Origin: a virus
Lineage: Duplodnaviria > Caudoviricetes
IMG/VR virus record: IMGVR_UViG_3300027785_000111
Location: 1 to 28,112 of that record
DNA length: 28,112 bases
Direction: 5' to 3' (one strand)
The stretch's first letter is position 1, and every line of letters begins with the position of its first letter. The position numbers and the translations under genes are program-made. The notes beneath the pieces are model-generated. The model worked only from the letters and a program-made list of their open reading frames with translations, did no database searches and had not been told where the DNA came from. This document shows, one piece after another, positions 24,244 through 28,112 of this stretch.

Positions 24244-26540
24244 TACTTACCTTTTTTCTTCATGAACTCTACGATCTCATCGACCGGCTTATCCAACATG
24301 TTGTTTTGCTTGAGGTACTCGAATGCACCCTTTGAGGTGATGTACTTCATTGCAGCCATACCAGAGCCTGGTTGCTGTTGTGCAGGGGTCTTAGAGGCGT
24401 TGGACTCGGTCCAGTCTTGGTAGACCTTTGTGCGCCAGCCTTCGTAGGACATCTCTGCGTTGCGCTTGGTGTTCGCATCACGCTGTTCAGTCTCGATGTT
24501 GGTGCCGATCCAGGTCTCAATTTCCTTCTTGGAATAGACGATACGCTTGCCGTCCTTATCGACAGCAGGCACACCACCAATCCAAGCGTCATAGCCGCCG
24601 TAGACGTTGGGGGCCAAACGGATCTGGTCACCAATGCGGGACACCTTGTCTTCTGGTTTCTCGGTGACGGGGGCTACAGAACCGCCCAGACGCATCGCAG
24701 CTTCAGCGAGATCCAGAGGGGTCTTGATGCCCTCGAAGATTGGCTTGCTGGGAGCATCACCACCGTAGTCACGAGCTGCCTTTTGCTTGATGAACTTGGT
24801 CATCCACTCGCTACGGTTCTGACCTTCAGGGACACTAGGAAGGTCCTTGTTGTAGTAGATCGTGTTGTTGATCACCGTGGTCACTGCAGGGTCTGCGAGG
24901 TAGGTCATGACCTGCTCAACAGCCTTCTCAGGTTCCACCTTGCCGCTACGCACCAAGTCACCCACCATTTCCATGGCATCGGATTTGATCTGCGTGAGGT
25001 TGAGGTCCTTGTTGCCACCCCAGAGACCTGAGGCCCAACGATAGGAGGGAGACCAGAAGTGTGGGTTCACAATGGAGTCCACGATCTTGTCTGCCTGGTT
25101 CTTCTTGACCGAGTAGTCGTCAGTGCTGATACCTGAGTTCATTCCCTCGTAGATCAGCGAAGCTGCTGCATCGACATCAGGGGAACCATTACGCATGGCG
25201 TTCTGGATGCGGCGGAAGATCTTAGCGTTGTCCTTACCGGCATACGCATCGGCCTGCTCTTGGCTGGTCTGAGCGATCTCTAGGTAGGTCGCGATGGCTT
25301 CCTTGCTCTGGGGATTCAGAGTGCCGATCTTCTTGTCCTTAGACTCCCAGCCCAGCGATGCCAGGTTGAATGCCTGGATCTTGTTAGACCAGTCAGGGTT
25401 CAAGCGGTCGTTGGTGGCCCACAGCATGACCTGTTTGTTCATCGGGAGGTTCTCAGATTGGACCTGGCGGCGGATAACTTCATCAGCCATCTCACCAGCC
25501 TTCTTCTCACCAATCTTTTCCATCGTACCGCTGGATGGGTTGAGCACCTCAGCATTGGCGATGGCATCTTTGTTTCGTGCAAAGGTCCCTGAGCTGACTG
25601 CGAGGTCCACAGCGGAGGACACTGCAGCACGGCCACGTTCAGCTTCAGCAGCAAGACGGGCTTGGCCCTCTTCCTTGAGCTTCTTGGCCATAGCGCCTTC
25701 AGCAGCAGCTCGGTATTGAGCGGCAGTACCTGTGCCCACCACGTCCTCAATCGTCTGGCCAGCATCGAGCTTCTCTTTGAGGAAGCCGTCCAGCAGATCC
25801 ACACGACCACTCTTAGCGATGGCAGTGAGTGTGCTGTTCAGCGCAGCAGCACGTTGCTGAGGGGTCGTCAGGAGCTTCTTATTGACTGAGTCACGATAGG
25901 CATCACCGAGGGCTTTAGGAGCATCCGCAGCAGGAATTTCACCGGCCTGGGATTTCTCAAAGGTGACACGCATCCTCTGGTTCGCTTGGGCATCAGCGAA
26001 CTCCACAGCCTTCTGGTTCATCGACTGCAGCGTAATGGCCTGCAGGCGGTTGGTGACAGAGGCCATGCTCTTACCAAAGCCAGCCTTGGTGTACTCGTCC
26101 TGGTTCTCAAGGGCACCCTTCTGCTGTTCACGCAGGTAGGCTTGTGCCTCCTCCCAGGTAGCGAACTGGCCACGCTGAGCTTTGGACAGCACGTCCATCT
26201 CAACGCCAGACGCAAGGTTCTCACCATAGACGTGGCGCATAGCAGCAACACGTACTGGGGATTGGACACCGAGGATGGTGCCCTCCTTGATTTGCTTCTC
26301 AAGTTCCTCGTTCGTCATCGACCGAGCAGCGGCCTCACCCTCAACCTGTTCCTTGATGTTCTGCTTTTGCTGCAGAGCGGACAGAGCTGCTTGAGTGGTT
26401 GGGGAAGCAAGGGCCGCAGCCAGTTGCACCGCCTTCAAGGAGTTCGGATCGTTTCGAGCTTGCTCAGTTTGAATGTTTGGGGCCGCAACAGTTTGCAGTG
26501 CCTCAGCACGGGGATCATACCCCACTTGGACTCGCGCCAT
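24243..26540 (-). CDS. gp15: Internal virion/ejection protein C (gp15-like)
   Basis: 765 aa, helical Ala/Gln-rich; between gp14 and gp16. Confidence 0.8.
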   Translation of the reverse strand: MARVQVGYDPRAEALQTVAAPNIQTEQARNDPNSLKAVQLAAALASPTTQAALSALQQKQNIKEQVEGEAAARSMTNEELEKQIKEGTILGVQSPVRVAAMRHVYGENLASGVEMDVLSKAQRGQFATWEEAQAYLREQQKGALENQDEYTKAGFGKSMASVTNRLQAITLQSMNQKAVEFADAQANQRMRVTFEKSQAGEIPAADAPKALGDAYRDSVNKKLLTTPQQRAAALNSTLTAIAKSGRVDLLDGFLKEKLDAGQTIEDVVGTGTAAQYRAAAEGAMAKKLKEEGQARLAAEAERGRAAVSSAVDLAVSSGTFARNKDAIANAEVLNPSSGTMEKIGEKKAGEMADEVIRRQVQSENLPMNKQVMLWATNDRLNPDWSNKIQAFNLASLGWESKDKKIGTLNPQSKEAIATYLEIAQTSQEQADAYAGKDNAKIFRRIQNAMRNGSPDVDAAASLIYEGMNSGISTDDYSVKKNQADKIVDSIVNPHFWSPSYRWASGLWGGNKDLNLTQIKSDAMEMVGDLVRSGKVEPEKAVEQVMTYLADPAVTTVINNTIYYNKDLPSVPEGQNRSEWMTKFIKQKAARDYGGDAPSKPIFEGIKTPLDLAEAAMRLGGSVAPVTEKPEDKVSRIGDQIRLAPNVYGGYDAWIGGVPAVDKDGKRIVYSKKEIETWIGTNIETEQRDANTKRNAEMSYEGWRTKVYQDWTESNASKTPAQQQPGSGMAAMKYITSKGAFEYLKQNNMLDKPVDEIVEFMKKKGK

Positions 26541-26554
26541 AAATGTTCCTTAGA

Positions 26555-27073
26555 TTACCGTGTCCCGCGAGGGATTGGATTTTTGTAGTCGTAATATGCT
26601 GTTCCAATGCGGAGGGCAGCGCCTGCATAGTCAGGAGCAGCGGGAGTCTTCAGTTGGTTGATCTGACTCGCAGCGTTGATGCCGATGTTCTCGCGTTGGT
26701 TGTTGATGGCCATCTCAGCGTTCTCGTAGTTGGTCACTACGGAGCTGGTGTATCGGCCACTCTTACCGCTGAGTTCAGCTAGGAGGGCATCTACGGATGT
26801 ACCGGAGATTCCATTCTCACCAGCAGACACTACGGCAGTGGCATCAGCACCACGAGCATTGAGGTTGTTCTCTTCGAGCTTTTGGATGCCAGCTTCACGC
26901 TGCTGCATGTGTTCCAGGTTTGTCTGGTTCACGTTTGCAGCCATGGCCTTCATGCTGTTTTCGTATTGACGGTCATTGACCTTGTTCTGATACGTTACGT
27001 TCTTCTGTTGTGCGTCAATCGAGATAGCTGTGGTAGCAGCCGTCAAGATGAACATACTTACTGGATCACACAT
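26555..27073 (-). CDS. gp14: Internal virion/ejection protein B (gp14-like)
   Basis: MCDPVS N-terminus, AGENGISGTSVDALL motif; position. Confidence 0.88.
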   Translation of the reverse strand: MCDPVSMFILTAATTAISIDAQQKNVTYQNKVNDRQYENSMKAMAANVNQTNLEHMQQREAGIQKLEENNLNARGADATAVVSAGENGISGTSVDALLAELSGKSGRYTSSVVTNYENAEMAINNQRENIGINAASQINQLKTPAAPDYAGAALRIGTAYYDYKNPIPRGTR

Positions 27074-27599
27074 TCTGGATCACCTTATAAAATTCAATGA
27101 AAAACTCACCGTCTGGTCCATGTTGTTGGGGTTCTTTGAAGGTAAACCCCAACCATCGCAGCCAGCGGATGTGTTCAGTATTCTTTGTCCACGCAATGTT
27201 GTAGAGGAACGTGTGTCCTTCAGACATCTCATCGAGAAACGCAAGGCTCTCCCTAAGGAACTGCTTACGGATCTTGAGAAGCAATGGAGAGGCGAGCATC
27301 CATGGGATACCCACCTCACCCTGCTTGCCCCCTACCCCAAAGATGCACACCACCTCACCATCCAAGAGGACGGTGCGGTTGTAGTTGCACTGGAGGTAGG
27401 CCTGCCTAAGAGCCTCTTCAGGAGTCTTACGTGCCAGGTGCCAGATCTCGTCACGATCCTCCTGCCTCATGGTGACACTGAGTTCAGCGACATCACGGAG
27501 GTGGGTAGGACGGACTTCGATGTTAGATGGCCTGACTACGTTTGACGTAGAAGCCTTCCCAGTCTGCACTGAGGAATGAACTTGGGAGTGGGCTGTCAT
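27066..27599 (-). CDS. gp13: Internal virion protein A (gp13-like, GNAT-like fold); start uncertain
   Basis: MRQEDRDEI, CIFGV, G.PWML, LYN....N..HIRWLRWLGFTF. Confidence 0.85.
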   Translation of the reverse strand: MTAHSQVHSSVQTGKASTSNVVRPSNIEVRPTHLRDVAELSVTMRQEDRDEIWHLARKTPEEALRQAYLQCNYNRTVLLDGEVVCIFGVGGKQGEVGIPWMLASPLLLKIRKQFLRESLAFLDEMSEGHTFLYNIAWTKNTEHIRWLRWLGFTFKEPQQHGPDGEFFIEFYKVIQNV

Positions 27600-28112
27600 T
27601 TTCTAGAACGATTGAGGTGCCGATGTTGCGGCTAATGATTGGAATCTGGAAACGACCAGAGCTAATGCTGTAACGACCGACAACCGCAGCCTCCCCTAGG
27701 ACTTTCCCAGAGAACACATAGGTGTACGTATCGCGACCAATTGGTGTGACGGTGGCTTTGAAATAGCCAGCATCAGCGTAGTTGAATGCGATCTTGCGGA
27801 GCTGCAGACGACCCTCAGTGTCACTCTTCTGGCCACCACCCTGTTGGGCGGTGCGGACAGTAACGGTCGAGAGTTCATACTTGAAGAGGTACTTGCGGCC
27901 AAAGGCAATGGTGGCACCAGTGATGTTGCCCTGGACTTTGGCAGTGGAGCCATCCCAGATCACATCATAGATCTCACCAGCCTTGAGGGTTGGATGATCC
28001 TTGACCACAACCACATACTCACCAGTGCTGGGGGTGTACCCCAAGCTGGTCAGGTTGATCGTTGTGTGGCCTGAACTGAACGTGAGGTCGTCAGCATCAA
28101 GTTGCACCTTAC
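27523..28112 (-). CDS. gp12: Tail tubular protein B (gp12-like), C-terminal part; 5' end outside window
   Basis: GRLQLRKI..G.F..PI..ENDSPLPSSFLSADWEGFY..RS C-terminus; position before gp13. Confidence 0.92.
   Translation of the reverse strand, partial: KVQLDADDLTFSSGHTTINLTSLGYTPSTGEYVVVVKDHPTLKAGEIYDVIWDGSTAKVQGNITGATIAFGRKYLFKYELSTVTVRTAQQGGGQKSDTEGRLQLRKIAFNYADAGYFKATVTPIGRDTYTYVFSGKVLGEAAVVGRYSISSGRFQIPIISRNIGTSIVLENDSPLPSSFLSADWEGFYVKRSQAI

Larger units (their letters stand above)
1..28112 (-). mobile_element. T7-like (Autographiviridae-type) bacteriophage genome segment, putatively temperate, non-integrated form
   Basis: T7 gene order RNAP-SSB-endonuclease-amidase-primase/helicase-DNA pol and gp12-13-14-15-16-17-terS-terL; integrase with an attP flanked by phage DNA on both sides; no host genes. 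Confidence 0.97.

Overview
The whole window is part of a T7-like podophage genome (Autographiviridae-type). Genes are almost all on the minus strand. Read right to left: tail tubular protein B (partial), internal virion proteins A-D (gp13-16), a multi-gene tail fibre/receptor-binding module, a holin-like gene, TerS and TerL, then a ~0.9-kb non-coding end-junction region. Next come ~12 small early genes (including a GP88-like Cys-rich protein) and a lysogeny module: a lone antisense ORF, a MarR-type regulator, a tyrosine integrase and an intact attP whose core is the 3' 58 nt of tRNA-Leu(GAG), followed by a terminator. The window ends with single-subunit RNA polymerase, SSB, endonuclease I, amidase, primase/helicase and the 5' part of DNA polymerase. 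The phage looks temperate and is seen in its non-integrated, circularised or concatemeric form. Most interesting points: the attP/terminator/putative self-promoter arrangement directly upstream of the RNAP gene; a 17-bp candidate phage promoter (GGTTGCACAATTGGATA); a divergent control region with palindromic operators; attP-like motifs recurring at the end junction; several structured RNA leaders; and an HExxH metallopeptidase-like insert in ejection protein gp16. Family assignments come from motif recognition only; no searches were run.
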